Positions 10,201 through 18,889 of a DNA stretch of 64,000 nt are shown here, in pieces (positions within the stretch are counted from its first letter, which is position 1; each line of letters opens with the position of its first letter). The notes under the pieces are model-generated. The model ran no database searches. It was not told where the DNA came from and saw only the letters and a list, made by a program, of their open reading frames with translations. Position numbers and translations under genes: made by a program. Source of the DNA: Lachnospira sp. UBA3790 (GTDB taxonomy: Bacteria > Bacillota > Clostridia > Lachnospirales > Lachnospiraceae); NCBI GenBank assembly GCA_002369135.1, contig DFEY01000002.1:168601-232600 (forward strand). Reading direction: 5' to 3'.

Positions 10201-13200
10201 TTACCTGGATGATTGCGCCTTCCTCTAATCCATCAAGTTCGAACAAGATATCCTTGTTTGCAGCTGATGAATCATATAGGAATTCGTCAATTGAAATTGT
10301 GTTTGATCCGCTTGTTAAAGCAGTATCCTTCTCACCTGTGTTTGCAGCTTCAATAACTGTTCTTAGTTCAGGGTCCTTACCTGCAACTGCTTCACCAGGT
10401 GTGTAATTTACAGTAATGCTACCTGTGTATGAGCATCCATCTTCTAATGTGGCTAAGTAGTTCTTCAAAGTAGCTGTGTTCCAGTAGTAGTGCTCGCCTA
10501 CATCTGTAGCGTTTGGTCTAATAAGTGTTGATGAAATATCGCTTGCTGTTCCATCTACCTTATAAGAAATATCTCCCCACTGCTCTTCGCCTGGAGTACT
10601 CTGGTCATTATTTGCCTCTAGAGTCCAAGGTGTGCCAGTAGGTACGAATTCTGTATTCTTAGGTATCTGTACCCATCCAGTTGGTGTGAATGTAATACTT
10701 GTCACCTTAAAGATTGACTGTTTCTCTAGTCCGTCTAGCTCGAACTCGATGTCGTCTGTTCCTGCACTTGAATCATATGTAAATGTAGGAAGATCGATTG
10801 AGTATGAGCCTGAGCCTGAGTCAAAGTCAAAGTTTGCTTCACCAGTTTCAGCCGCAGCCACGATGTATCTTAGCTGAGGAGTCTTACCTGCTTCAGCTGT
10901 ACCTGCTGTGTACTGAACATTGATTGTTGCATCATATTCAACGCCGTTTGTTAGATTTGCACCATCGCTTAGATAGTCTTCTAATACTGCGTTGTTCCAG
11001 TAGTAGTGCTCGCCTACTGCTGTGTTAATAGGTTTAATTTCAACACTTGATACACCAGTACCTGTCTGTTTGTATCTCATGTGACCCCACTGATCCACGC
11101 CATTGTAGTTAGCTGTCAATGTCCATGGAGTTGGGTTAGCTGAATCTCCCTTAACGTTTGTCCAATCAGCATCCTGTTTTGTAAATGTGATACCTGTTAC
11201 CTGGAAGATTGAGCCTTCTTCTAATCCGTCAAGTTCGAATAGAATGTCTTTATTCTCATCAGCTGAGTTGTAAATGAACTCGCTTATTGAAATTGTATTT
11301 GATCCAGCTGTTACTGCTGTATCCATCTCACCTGTTCCTGCAGCTGCAATAACTGTTCTTAGTTCAGGTGTCTTACCAGCAACTGAATCGCCTGCTACAT
11401 AGTTAAATGTAATGCTACCTGTGTATGAGCATCCATCTTCTAATGTAGCTAAGTAATTCTTCAAAGTAGCTGTGTTCCAGTAGTAGTGCTCGCCTACATC
11501 TGTAGCGTTTGGTCTAATAAGTGTTGATGAAATGTTACTTGCTGTTCCATCTACCTTATAAGACATGTTGCCCCATTGCTCTTCGCCTGGAGTACTCTGA
11601 TCGTTTGTAGCTGTTAGAGTCCAAGGTGTGCCTGTAGGTACGAACTCTGTGTTATTTGGAACCTTTGTCCATCCTGTTGGTGTGAATGTAATTTCAGTTA
11701 CCTTAAAGATTGACTGTTTCTCTAATCCATCTAGCTCAAATTCGATGTCGTCATTTCCTGCACTTGCATCATATGTAAATGTAGGAAGATCGATTGTGTA
11801 TGTCTTTGAGCCTTCGTCAAAGTCAAAGTTAGCTTCACCAGTCTCTGCTGCAGCCATGATATATCTCAACTGTGGAGTCTTACCTGCTTCAGCTTGTCCT
11901 GCTGTGTACTGTACTTTAATTTGACCATCATATTCAACGCCGTCTGTTAGATTTGCACCATCACTTAGATAGTCTTCTAATACTGCGTTGTTCCAGTAGT
12001 AGTGCTCGCCTACTGCTGTGTTAATAGGTTTAATTTCAACACTTGATACACCAGTACCTGTCTGTTTGTATCTCATGTGACCCCACTGATCCACGCCATT
12101 GTAGTTAGCTGTCAATGTCCATGGGTCTGGGTTAGCTTCATCGCCCTTAACGTTTGTCCAGTCAGCATCTAACTTAGTAAATGTAATATTAGATACCTGG
12201 AATACTGAACCTTCCTCTAGTCCATCAAGTTCGAACAAGATATCCTTGTTTGCAGCTGATGAATCATATAGGAATTCGTCAATTGAAATTGTATTTGATC
12301 CGCTTGTTAATGCAGTATCTTTCTCACCTGTGTTTGCAGCTTCAATAACTGTTCTTAGTTCAGGTGTCTTGCCTGCTACTACTGTACCAGGTGTGTAATT
12401 TACAGTAATGCTACCTGTGTATGAACATCCATCTTCTAATGTAGCTAAGTAATTCTTCAAAGTAGCTGTGTTCCAGTAGTAGTGTTCGCCTACATCTGTA
12501 GCGTTTGGTCTAATAAGAGTTCCGTTAACATCACTTGCTGTTCCGTCAATCTTATAAGACATATCGCCCCACTGCTCCTCACCTGGAGTACTCTGGTCAT
12601 TTGTAGCCTTTAGAGTCCAAGGTGTGCCTGTAGGTACGAATTCTGTATTCTTAGGTACCTGTTTCCATCCAGTTGATGTGAATGTAATGTCAGTTACCTT
12701 AAATACTGATTTCTTCTCTAGTGAATCTAATTCAAATTCTGCATAGTTATCTTCATTAGGATCATATGTGAATGCAGGAACGTCGATTGTGTATGTTCCG
12801 CTTCCACTTCCTAGTGCCATTGTTTCTTCGCTAATGCCTGCAACAGGAATGTTATATAGAAGTTCTGGTGTCTTACCACTCTGAGCTTCGCCTGCTGTGT
12901 ACTGTACAGTAATAACTGCTTCGTACTCTTCGCCTGCTGTTAATGTTTGGCCATAAGCCATATCTGTAAGCTTAGCAACGTTCCAATAGAAGTGATCTCC
13001 CATTGATACAGACATTGGTTTAACCTGTACGCTTGATACGCCAGTACCTGTCTGTTTGTATCTTAAGTGACCCCACTGCTCTTCGCCATCGTTGTTGGCT
13101 GTTATGATCCATGGAGTTGCTGTGTCTGAACCTCCCTTAACATTGGTCCAATCACTATCTTGTTTTGTGAAGTTGATTGCTGTTACCTGGAAGATTGAAC

Positions 13201-16200
13201 CTGCTTCTAGACCTGTAAGTTCGAACATGATGTCTTTTCTTGTGTCTGCAGCACTGTAGATAAACTCATCAATTGAAATTGTGTTTGTTCCACTTGATAA
13301 GTTAGTATCAATATTTCCGTCGTATGCACCCTCAATTATTGTTCTTAATTGTGGTGTTTTACCTACTTCTGCTGTACCAGGTGTGTAGTTAACAGTGATG
13401 CTTCCTGTGTATGAGTTTCCATCTTCTAAAGTATTTAGATAATTCTTTAGAGTAGCTGTCTCCCAGTAGAAGTGCTCTCCTACTGCAGATTTATTAATCT
13501 TAAGCTGTGTAGCTGATACGTTTGAAGCTGTTCCTGTTACCTTGTATGACATATCACCATACATACCTTGATCGCCATCTGATAGATCTGTATCTGGTAT
13601 CCAGTCAGCACGAAGTGTCCAAGGTGTTCCACTTGGATTTACTGTAGTTGGATTATCAGGATCAGAGTTCTGAGTTACTTTTGTCCAACCTGTATCTGTA
13701 AATGTGATATCAGTAACTTTAAATACTGATTTCTTCTCTAGTGAATCTAGTTCAAATTCAACACTGTTGTCTGCACTAGAATCATATGAGAATGCAGGAA
13801 CGTCAATTGTGTATGTTCCGCTTCCGCTATTCAATACCTTAGTAGCCTCACTTACTTCAGCAACAGGGATATTATATAGAAGTTCTGGAGTCTTACCTGA
13901 CTCAACTTCGCCTGCTGTGTACTGAACAGTGATAACTGCTGAGTATTCTTTGCCAGGTGTCAATGTCTGGCCGTATGTCATATCTGTAAGTTTAGCTGAA
14001 TTCCAATAGAAGTGATCTCCTATTGATGTGTTCATTGGCTTAACCTGTATGCTTGATACGCCAGTACCTGTCTGTTTATATCTTAGGTGTCCCCACTGAT
14101 CTGTGCCATTATTATTAGCAGTCAAGATCCATGGAGTTGCTGTAGCTGTTCCACCTTTAACGTTTGTCCAATCAGCATCTACTTCTGTGAAGTTAATTTC
14201 TGTTACCTGGAAAATTGAACCTTCCTCTAATCCGTCAAGTTCAAATAGAATGTCATTGTTCTCAGCTGTAGATTCGTAGATAAACTCATCTATTGCGATA
14301 GTATTTGATCCAGCTGTTACCGCTGTATCCATCTCGCCTGTTCCTGCAGCTGCAATAACTGTTCTTAGTTCAGGTGTCTTTCCAGCTACTGCTGTACCTG
14401 AAACGTAGTTAAATGTAATGCTACCAGTGTATGAATGACCATCTTGCAATGTTGCCAAATAGTTCTTCAACTCTGCCTTATTCCAGTAGAAGTGCTCTCC
14501 TACTGCTGTAGCATTAGGTTTGATTAGTGTAGATGAAATATTTGATGCTGTTCCATCTACCTTATATGACATGTTACCCCACTGCTCTTCGCCTGGTACG
14601 CTCTGGTCGTTTGTAGCTGTTAGAGTCCAAGGTGTACCTGTTGGTACAAATGCAGTGTTATTAGGAACCTTTGTCCATCCTGTTGGAGTAAATGTGATTT
14701 CTGTTACTTTGAAGATTGATGCCTTCTCTAGTCCATCAAGTTCAAATTCGATATCGTCTTTGCCTGCACTTGCATCATATGTAAATGTAGGAAGATCGAT
14801 TGTATATGTCTTTGAGCCTTCGTCAAAGTCAAAGTTTGCTTCTCCGGTGTTAGCTGCAGCCATGATATATCTCAACTGTGGAGTTTCACCTGCTTCAGCT
14901 TCACCAGCTGTGTACTGTACTTGAATCTGAGCATCATATTCAACGCCGTCTGTTAGATTAGCTACATCGCTTAGATAATCTTCTAGTACTGCGTTGTTCC
15001 AGTAGTAGTGGTTGCCCATTGCTGTAGCCATAGGCTTAATCTGAACACTTGCAACACCAGTACCAGTCTGTTTATATCTCATGTGACCCCATTGCTCTAC
15101 GCCATCATAGTTGGCTGTCAATGTCCATGGATTAGCTGTAGCTGTGTCGCCCTTAACGTTTGTCCAGTCAGCGTCTACTTCTGTAAATGTAATGCTATTT
15201 ACTTTGAAAATTGAATCTTTCTCTAGACCAGTCAAATCGAACAAGATGTCCTGATTTGCACTGTCTGAGTGATACATAAATTCGCTTAGGTTAATTGTGT
15301 ATGTTCCAGAACCACTGTTTAGAACCTTATCTGCTTCGCCTGTTCCAGCTTCTTCCACAACATATCTTAGTTTTGGAGTCTTGCCTGCTTCAGACTCTCC
15401 AGCAGTATAGCTAACACTAATAGTTCCTGTGTATGAATGACCATCTTGCAAACCAGCACCACCCTGTGCAACTGTTTTGCTTAGGTAATTCTTTAGAGTA
15501 GCCTTATTCCAGTAGAATGGTTCTCCCACTGCCACTAGTTTAGGCTTGATAGATGTGCCTGATACGCCACTTCCATCTACCTTGTACCACATATCACCAT
15601 ATAGACCCTGATCTCCATCTGAAAGATCTGTGTCTGGCTGATAATCTGCATATAGTGTCCAAGGGCTGCCTGAAGGTGTGACATCCTGATTAGGTTTAAC
15701 CTTATGCCATCCATCATCTACTTGAGTGAAAGTTACACTCTTAACAGTTAGTTCAGAATCTGCAACTAACTCGTCAAATAAGAATTTAAGATTTGCATCG
15801 CTTCCGTCAAAGACGAACTCTTGTAGTGAAAGAGTATTGTCGCCTTTTGCTAAGTCAAATGCTTGCTCTGTTCCACCAAATGGTGTAACAAATAGCTTTG
15901 TATCATTTCCGTACGCGTCTGTTAATGTAGCTTCTGAAGAATTTACTACTATGCTAGCAGTATATCTTTCATCTTCTTCTAGAATTGTTCTAATATTACC
16001 TGTTTGAGAAGTTCCATCAGCTTTGTTAACAGTAGCTTTGTAGTTTCCTGTTAAATCAGCGCTCATCCACCACCATCTCTGTGCTGGGTCCGTAATTCTA
16101 GCGCCCTGAGGAGTTCTCTCTGCTTCCCCAATAGCTCCTGCCATCTTGAATGTTATTCTTGCAGGATCATTTGTATCAACAGTTGTATCATGTTTATATC

Positions 16201-17398
16201 TGATATCTCCGTATGATGAAGAATTATCATTATTTACTGATGTACTCCAATTAGAGTTTGAAATAGCTGAGTCTATAGCAAATGGCGCTTTAGTCCAACC
16301 ATCATAAATACTATTAAATTCAATACTCTTAATGTAGAATTCAGCGTTTTGTGGCATCTCTACATAATCAAATTGGATATTATCATTATCTGCTGGGTTA
16401 TATTTGAACTTATCTATAGTAATTTCATTATCACCTGCAGTTAATGGAACATCATACTGATGGCCAAATGCAACTATTCTAATAGTATGACTACCTGATG
16501 TAGCAGTATCAGTATTGATTACGATTGTACCTGTGTAAGCTGAACCGTTATCTAGTCCAAGAGTAGTACCATAACCATATAGTGATGCTGAATCCCACCA
16601 CCAGTCATTAGAGTTATTGCCATCTACGTAATCTTTCTTTAGGTGCATTCTACTAATGTCAGAAACCTGCTTAGAAGAATCCATCTTGTAGTATTGATTA
16701 CCCCATGCAGTAGATGCATTGTTATTGGATCTTAGTGTCCATGGTGATCCTGCTTCTGGTACGAAGTCAGTATCGTCAAATGGACATCTCTGCCAGTCAT
16801 ATAGGTTAGTTGTTGTTTCTTTTGGTGTGAATGTAATACTTTCAATTTCGAAACCACCAACCTGTGCTCCGGCTGCTCCACCTTGTCCATTATTACCATA
16901 TCCAATAGCTAACACAAAATTAGCAGTGCCTGGTGTGACATCAGCTGTATATGTTAGTTCAGCGCCTGGACTTAGACTCTTACTAGTAGGTGCCATATCA
17001 GCAGTACCACCAGTAGTTCTAATATTAAGCGTTGTAGTCTGGGATGTAGTATAGTTGCTAGGTGCTTTAACATTGATAGTCATTGCGTATGATTGTCCTG
17101 CTGTCAAACCATACACAGACTTCAAGTCTCTTACTTTCCAGTAAGCACCGTCCCAACCATAAACATCGTGTGAATAAATGAAGCCATCTACTTTACTAGC
17201 ATCATTATATGATGCGGCTTCATTATTCCACTGGTTTTGGACGACTGTGTAAATCCATTGTCCAACCGTAGTTTCAGAGCCGATGACACAAGAGTTAGCC
17301 TGTGCTGCATCGACTTTGGACGGTGTGAACGTAATTCCAGTTACCGTCATTGCAATCGCTGCAACGATTGCAGTCAGTCTTTTCAAGTTCTTTTTCAT
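4265..17398 (-). CDS. Giant secreted multidomain surface protein (4377 aa), putative adhesin/glycan-binding scaffold
   Basis: 13-kb open frame. Start moved from the track's 17416 to ATG 17398 (RBS AAAGGAG; signal peptide MKKNLKRLTAIVAAIAMTVTGITFTPSKVDAA). Contains 18 ~165-aa repeats, a core domain, 8 short repeats resembling InlB-B/Flg_new repeats, and a ~175-aa C-terminal domain. No LPxTG, SLH or C-terminal TM segment seen. Confidence 0.9.
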   Translation of the reverse strand: MKKNLKRLTAIVAAIAMTVTGITFTPSKVDAAQANSCVIGSETTVGQWIYTVVQNQWNNEAASYNDASKVDGFIYSHDVYGWDGAYWKVRDLKSVYGLTAGQSYAMTINVKAPSNYTTSQTTTLNIRTTGGTADMAPTSKSLSPGAELTYTADVTPGTANFVLAIGYGNNGQGGAAGAQVGGFEIESITFTPKETTTNLYDWQRCPFDDTDFVPEAGSPWTLRSNNNASTAWGNQYYKMDSSKQVSDISRMHLKKDYVDGNNSNDWWWDSASLYGYGTTLGLDNGSAYTGTIVINTDTATSGSHTIRIVAFGHQYDVPLTAGDNEITIDKFKYNPADNDNIQFDYVEMPQNAEFYIKSIEFNSIYDGWTKAPFAIDSAISNSNWSTSVNNDNSSSYGDIRYKHDTTVDTNDPARITFKMAGAIGEAERTPQGARITDPAQRWWWMSADLTGNYKATVNKADGTSQTGNIRTILEEDERYTASIVVNSSEATLTDAYGNDTKLFVTPFGGTEQAFDLAKGDNTLSLQEFVFDGSDANLKFLFDELVADSELTVKSVTFTQVDDGWHKVKPNQDVTPSGSPWTLYADYQPDTDLSDGDQGLYGDMWYKVDGSGVSGTSIKPKLVAVGEPFYWNKATLKNYLSKTVAQGGAGLQDGHSYTGTISVSYTAGESEAGKTPKLRYVVEEAGTGEADKVLNSGSGTYTINLSEFMYHSDSANQDILFDLTGLEKDSIFKVNSITFTEVDADWTNVKGDTATANPWTLTANYDGVEQWGHMRYKQTGTGVASVQIKPMATAMGNHYYWNNAVLEDYLSDVANLTDGVEYDAQIQVQYTAGEAEAGETPQLRYIMAAANTGEANFDFDEGSKTYTIDLPTFTYDASAGKDDIEFELDGLEKASIFKVTEITFTPTGWTKVPNNTAFVPTGTPWTLTATNDQSVPGEEQWGNMSYKVDGTASNISSTLIKPNATAVGEHFYWNKAELKNYLATLQDGHSYTGSITFNYVSGTAVAGKTPELRTVIAAAGTGEMDTAVTAGSNTIAIDEFIYESTAENNDILFELDGLEEGSIFQVTEINFTEVDADWTNVKGGTATATPWILTANNNGTDQWGHLRYKQTGTGVSSIQVKPMNTSIGDHFYWNSAKLTDMTYGQTLTPGKEYSAVITVQYTAGEVESGKTPELLYNIPVAEVSEATKVLNSGSGTYTIDVPAFSYDSSADNSVEFELDSLEKKSVFKVTDITFTDTGWTKVTQNSDPDNPTTVNPSGTPWTLRADWIPDTDLSDGDQGMYGDMSYKVTGTASNVSATQLKINKSAVGEHFYWETATLKNYLNTLEDGNSYTGSITVNYTPGTAEVGKTPQLRTIIEGAYDGNIDTNLSSGTNTISIDEFIYSAADTRKDIMFELTGLEAGSIFQVTAINFTKQDSDWTNVKGGSDTATPWIITANNDGEEQWGHLRYKQTGTGVSSVQVKPMSVSMGDHFYWNVAKLTDMAYGQTLTAGEEYEAVITVQYTAGEAQSGKTPELLYNIPVAGISEETMALGSGSGTYTIDVPAFTYDPNEDNYAEFELDSLEKKSVFKVTDITFTSTGWKQVPKNTEFVPTGTPWTLKATNDQSTPGEEQWGDMSYKIDGTASDVNGTLIRPNATDVGEHYYWNTATLKNYLATLEDGCSYTGSITVNYTPGTVVAGKTPELRTVIEAANTGEKDTALTSGSNTISIDEFLYDSSAANKDILFELDGLEEGSVFQVSNITFTKLDADWTNVKGDEANPDPWTLTANYNGVDQWGHMRYKQTGTGVSSVEIKPINTAVGEHYYWNNAVLEDYLSDGANLTDGVEYDGQIKVQYTAGQAEAGKTPQLRYIMAAAETGEANFDFDEGSKTYTIDLPTFTYDASAGNDDIEFELDGLEKQSIFKVTEITFTPTGWTKVPNNTEFVPTGTPWTLTATNDQSTPGEEQWGNMSYKVDGTASNISSTLIRPNATDVGEHYYWNTATLKNYLATLEDGCSYTGSITFNYVAGDSVAGKTPELRTVIAAAGTGEMDTAVTAGSNTISISEFIYNSADENKDILFELDGLEEGSIFQVTGITFTKQDADWTNVKGDSANPTPWTLTANYNGVDQWGHMRYKQTGTGVSSVEIKPINTAVGEHYYWNNAVLEDYLSDGANLTNGVEYDATINVQYTAGTAEAGKTPQLRYIVAAAETGEANFDFDSGSGSYSIDLPTFTYDSSAGTDDIEFELDGLEKQSIFKVTSITFTPTGWVQIPKNTEFVPTGTPWTLEANNDQSTPGEEQWGDISYKVDGTASDISSTLIRPNATDVGEHYYWNTATLKNYLATLEDGCSYTGSITVNYTPGEAVAGKDPELRTVIEAANTGEKDTALTSGSNTISIDEFLYDSSAANKDILFELDGLEEGAIIQVTGITFTKQDADWTNVKGDEANPDPWTLTANYDGVTQWGHMRYKQTGTGVSSVEIKPINTAVGEHFYWNNAKLLDYLSDTANLENGKEYEGTITVQYTAGQAEAGKTPQLRYIVAAANTGEGNLDLDEGSKTYTIDLGKFIYDASAGNDDIEFELDGLEKQSIFQVTDITFEPTGWERIEQNDEVVPTDSQGNNTPWTLVATNDGQQQWGDMSVKVDGTASDVASTSIKLNTAAEGEHFYWNTATLKDYLATLEDGCSYTGSIVVNYTSGEATPGKTPELRTVIAGAFDGEKDTTLTNGTNTIAIDEFVYDAAKGEDDILFELTGLEKGSIFNVASITFTKQDADWINVKGDEVDADPWTITANNDGSTAWGHMRYKKTGTGVSSVQIKPINTAMGNHYYWNTASLEGYLANLVDGREYTATITLSYTAGEAEAGKTPQLRYIIEAANTGEANLNLNNGTNTYTIDIPKFTYEVEAGKNDIMFELDSLEKGSIFQVTDITFTPTGWDEVPISAAGFNPTGTPWTLKPINDGATTWGSMYYDIVGDPAAIGSTKMRVNNPGGEYDWNLAILEDYAKNNMEVGHSYTATIVYDYDDAPGKSGAAGDELKVAIDNNASIIDVGTTPTGSYTTDTFEYTGSDDDVTFFLDGLTKGSSLSVSSVTFTNQDGDFENVPNDTDFTPTGTPWTLKAINDPNTGQYGKLMYQVDGTPTSNIGSTLINLKNTVGQQETDEHGDPVTPENRWWWTSASLMDYNADLEPWMTYTGSITLEITETTAPNAKLYVYVDGEEYGFPLTQGENTLEIPAFIFKGEDNGGTNDVKFLLDELPTGANFRVTDITFTKDGNWVAVPDNRPADNQFEITNVPFSYQFRNVDGTMGRTVSGTRDWQIFAGQWGGAGAVLYYDPDFTAAGQPKVRIGAGERWDPACAQIKLPNPTEAYKELSDYTSYYMTYEFTSTEMGTVHITHEGYEPNRPERIDVTADMYDESDGLYHVKYQKKFTRCPETDYRPGSTEPNNLYLSLTPTTYADGGTVVQDGTALPLGTVLSNFKVEYQRTDEEVYTLVNDCRFDGHQDYTPIVSNATLGKGVLLGYTNSYFNGWMSYQNGVYAAGEDAIAQASIRLDETNGDFGPESDTRWAEHLRIPNDYFYGNRDAGGDITTVGTDTNGNPLKTGNHYKLRFYYNVDLSEAEGSIGQGKGIVLVQQGFGEPHRYPSHSGLNMANGTINTKSGYNSHSDEDYAKDGGIDFVYDDAIRTIDPTVQGNEFLGHVQFDFSDLPSGAKITDISWEFYAPQYKVFIDDVEDGSVVEGETYTFPVETGVIKYYDEANGVYYEPGDTIPFADFDGDIYVTAIRNYTAKVVDATDPTTVYAGPVSVQTGDKYTVPNVPGIASYTYNDQPVQPGDEIDVVGDIVIKATRAAGTYTITIDGELVDSVTEGNSYTFPAATGDYAGVTHFANVSDPTDTYDPEETVTPTGDISVKSVYTVTIVGTDGETVLDTFDVAKGDNFTFPAATGTYAHVQDFKGIEGTTETYNPEGTISGVDKSMTFQIEMVPQHTITIDGVDVATVYDGDTYTFPTSTAYNDAIYFVDGTGTKYQTGTGYTVNDDISVTSVYLVKIYNTDGQTELKSDEMKLGSTYTFPTTVGQVDHIKDFTGINGTTGTYVPTATITVDGNKDYKIERAFNVYIDGVQQQGTVDEGAGYTTPTDMPGVTKFIDTATQTEYAPGATIPNIQADLYLETVNVPDYTWTVDGNPGGTVPAGTKITLPDTAAIGYLLEYTDGEGQGVTDDLYKPGAEYTVNRNVNFISINEVNMQQTDKVSMYYKQGEDQRGMRFLGKLTVNEESDTNILSSDAFQTGMLICAEDTYYDLLGEDMTIEKAEMYDYLINAQNNSEKTRKWITGQPGSFACGIVDIKDYNIPRNFLSRGYVIVNYVDGESQVVYSDTTTPRSVKWIATQVFNDKTAYDKLASWKKEIVDYCKDYEEE
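4795..6337 (-). repeat. Eight ~60-70-aa short repeats (InlB B-repeat/Listeria-Bacteroides-repeat-like)
   Basis: Recurring Y.(V/I).IDG.....V..G..YTFP......Y.PG..I....D pattern in the translation. Confidence 0.6.
7685..16798 (-). repeat. Intragenic array of 18 ~165-aa domains; units 3-16 alternate A/B with ~1-kb period
   Basis: A units start (T/D)GW..V...P.GTPWTL and B units start (A/S)DW(T/I)NVKG...PW. 10968-11128 is identical to 11964-12124 (161 nt, offset 996 nt). Confidence 0.92.
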
Positions 17399-17590
17399 CT
17401 CATTTTCTCCTTTCAAGTAAAGAACAATTCTGTCCCAAAAAGGGCCATAGTAACACCAATTGGGCGCACTAGGCCCAATGATACATATTATTGTATCTTA
17501 TATCTTATAATAGTATACTTTTTTATGTAAGTGCATATATTTTAGGTCGGTATGATTTTTAGTTTCAACACGCTAAAGCGGTATAAAATT

Positions 17591-17627
17591 AAAAAACCGC
17601 TGTTTTTTATCAAACAACGGTTTTTTT
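17591..17627 (-). terminator. Intrinsic terminator after the transglutaminase-like gene
   Basis: Minus strand AAAAAACCGTTGTTT-gataaa-AAACAGCGGTTTTTT; the stem mismatch is a G:U pair only on the minus strand. Confidence 0.75.
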
Positions 17628-17651
17628 ATTATTATATTACGTTCATATATA

Positions 17652-18818
17652 CTAGATCACTTTAACTGTCGACCACTTAGAATAGTAACTCTTGCTTCCA
17701 ATTTTCTTTTTTGCCCTAAATTTCACCCAATATGTAACACCTTTTCTCAATTTCTTGAATCTATACTTAGTCTTCTTAGTATTTACAACAATTGTGTACT
17801 TTTTCTTAAAATTACTTACGCCTGAGTATTTAAATTGGTATTTAGCATTCTTAATCGGCTTAAATGTTACTTTCTTTCTAGATACTTTCTTAAATTTAGG
17901 CTTTTTATTTTTAAAGTTTGCAATCTTTGTCTTTTTACAAGCTTTCGCTACGGTTTTTTTGCTGTATCCCTTTGCAGCCATTGGATATTTATAATAGAAA
18001 GAATAGCCATTATACTCCTTCCATCTAGCGTGTCCTTTGAAGGAGTCACCCTTTAAGAAGTAGTCATAGTCTTTCTTTGCATGAGTCAAAGTAGAATCCC
18101 ATGTAGAATCAACATTGTAATAGTAGTTTCCAAGTTTAACAATGTTCCAGCCGTGACTTGTTTTGCTAAATGTAGATTCTCCAGCAATCACTCTAGAAGA
18201 TATACCTAGTGTTCTGTAGAATTTATATAAAAGTGTTGCATATCCCTGGCATACTGCTTTCTTTCCTATCAATGCTTGGTATGCTGAATAATACTTAGTA
18301 TCATCTGATGATGCATTCTTTGCATAAGATACATTCTCGCATACGTAATCATATACTTTCTTTATTTTGTCGTATGTAGATGTCTTATTAGTAAATTTGA
18401 AATCCTTTATTACACTATTCACTTTTTTGTCTAGAGTATTTCTCTGCTTAACTGTAGTTAAATACTCTATATTAAGTATGAATGTATAATAATAGTAGGA
18501 ACCTGATTTAACTGCAGAATAATCTGTGGCAGTTTCATCTACATCCCATCTCATAAAATCGCCTTGATTAGGATTGGCAGTTTCCGCATATATTACTCTC
18601 TCTAATTTTTCAAAAAGACTTTGTGGATCTGCGCTTTTACTCTTGATTTTTGCTACTACCCTAGATTTATGCTCATATACTTTGTCGCGCGCTTCTACTC
18701 CCACCTGTTTATACGACTTGTATGAAGCTTTGTTTATGGCCGCTTCAGTATTGATAGCCGGTACCACTGGCAGCAACATAACAACCATTAAACTAAAGGC
18801 TACTATTTTCTTAAACAT
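17652..18818 (-). CDS. Secreted transglutaminase-like (Cys-His-Asp) domain protein with Lys-rich FN3-like C-terminus
   Basis: AVCQGYA, HGWN and VDSTWD motifs. Start moved to MFKKIVAFS (ATG 18818, RBS AAGGGG), followed by a signal peptide. Confidence 0.85.
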   Translation of the reverse strand: MFKKIVAFSLMVVMLLPVVPAINTEAAINKASYKSYKQVGVEARDKVYEHKSRVVAKIKSKSADPQSLFEKLERVIYAETANPNQGDFMRWDVDETATDYSAVKSGSYYYYTFILNIEYLTTVKQRNTLDKKVNSVIKDFKFTNKTSTYDKIKKVYDYVCENVSYAKNASSDDTKYYSAYQALIGKKAVCQGYATLLYKFYRTLGISSRVIAGESTFSKTSHGWNIVKLGNYYYNVDSTWDSTLTHAKKDYDYFLKGDSFKGHARWKEYNGYSFYYKYPMAAKGYSKKTVAKACKKTKIANFKNKKPKFKKVSRKKVTFKPIKNAKYQFKYSGVSNFKKKYTIVVNTKKTKYRFKKLRKGVTYWVKFRAKKKIGSKSYYSKWSTVKVI

Positions 18819-18889
18819 AATTTCCCCTTTTGACCTATAACAACTTTGAAGCTCTTCGAATAATTTCAAAGAGCTTCATTTTATTGTTA

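Noticed and set aside
7685-16798. CRISPR array or diversity-generating retroelement
   Set aside because: The repeats are ~500-nt in-frame coding units with no spacers, cas genes or reverse transcriptase. Differences between copies are not adenine-specific as far as I could see.
18847-18878. Hairpin TGAAGCTCTT...AAGAGCTTCA between the TPR and transglutaminase-like genes as a terminator
   Set aside because: There is no U-tract on the coding strand. It may be a processing or stability hairpin, but there is not enough support to call it.
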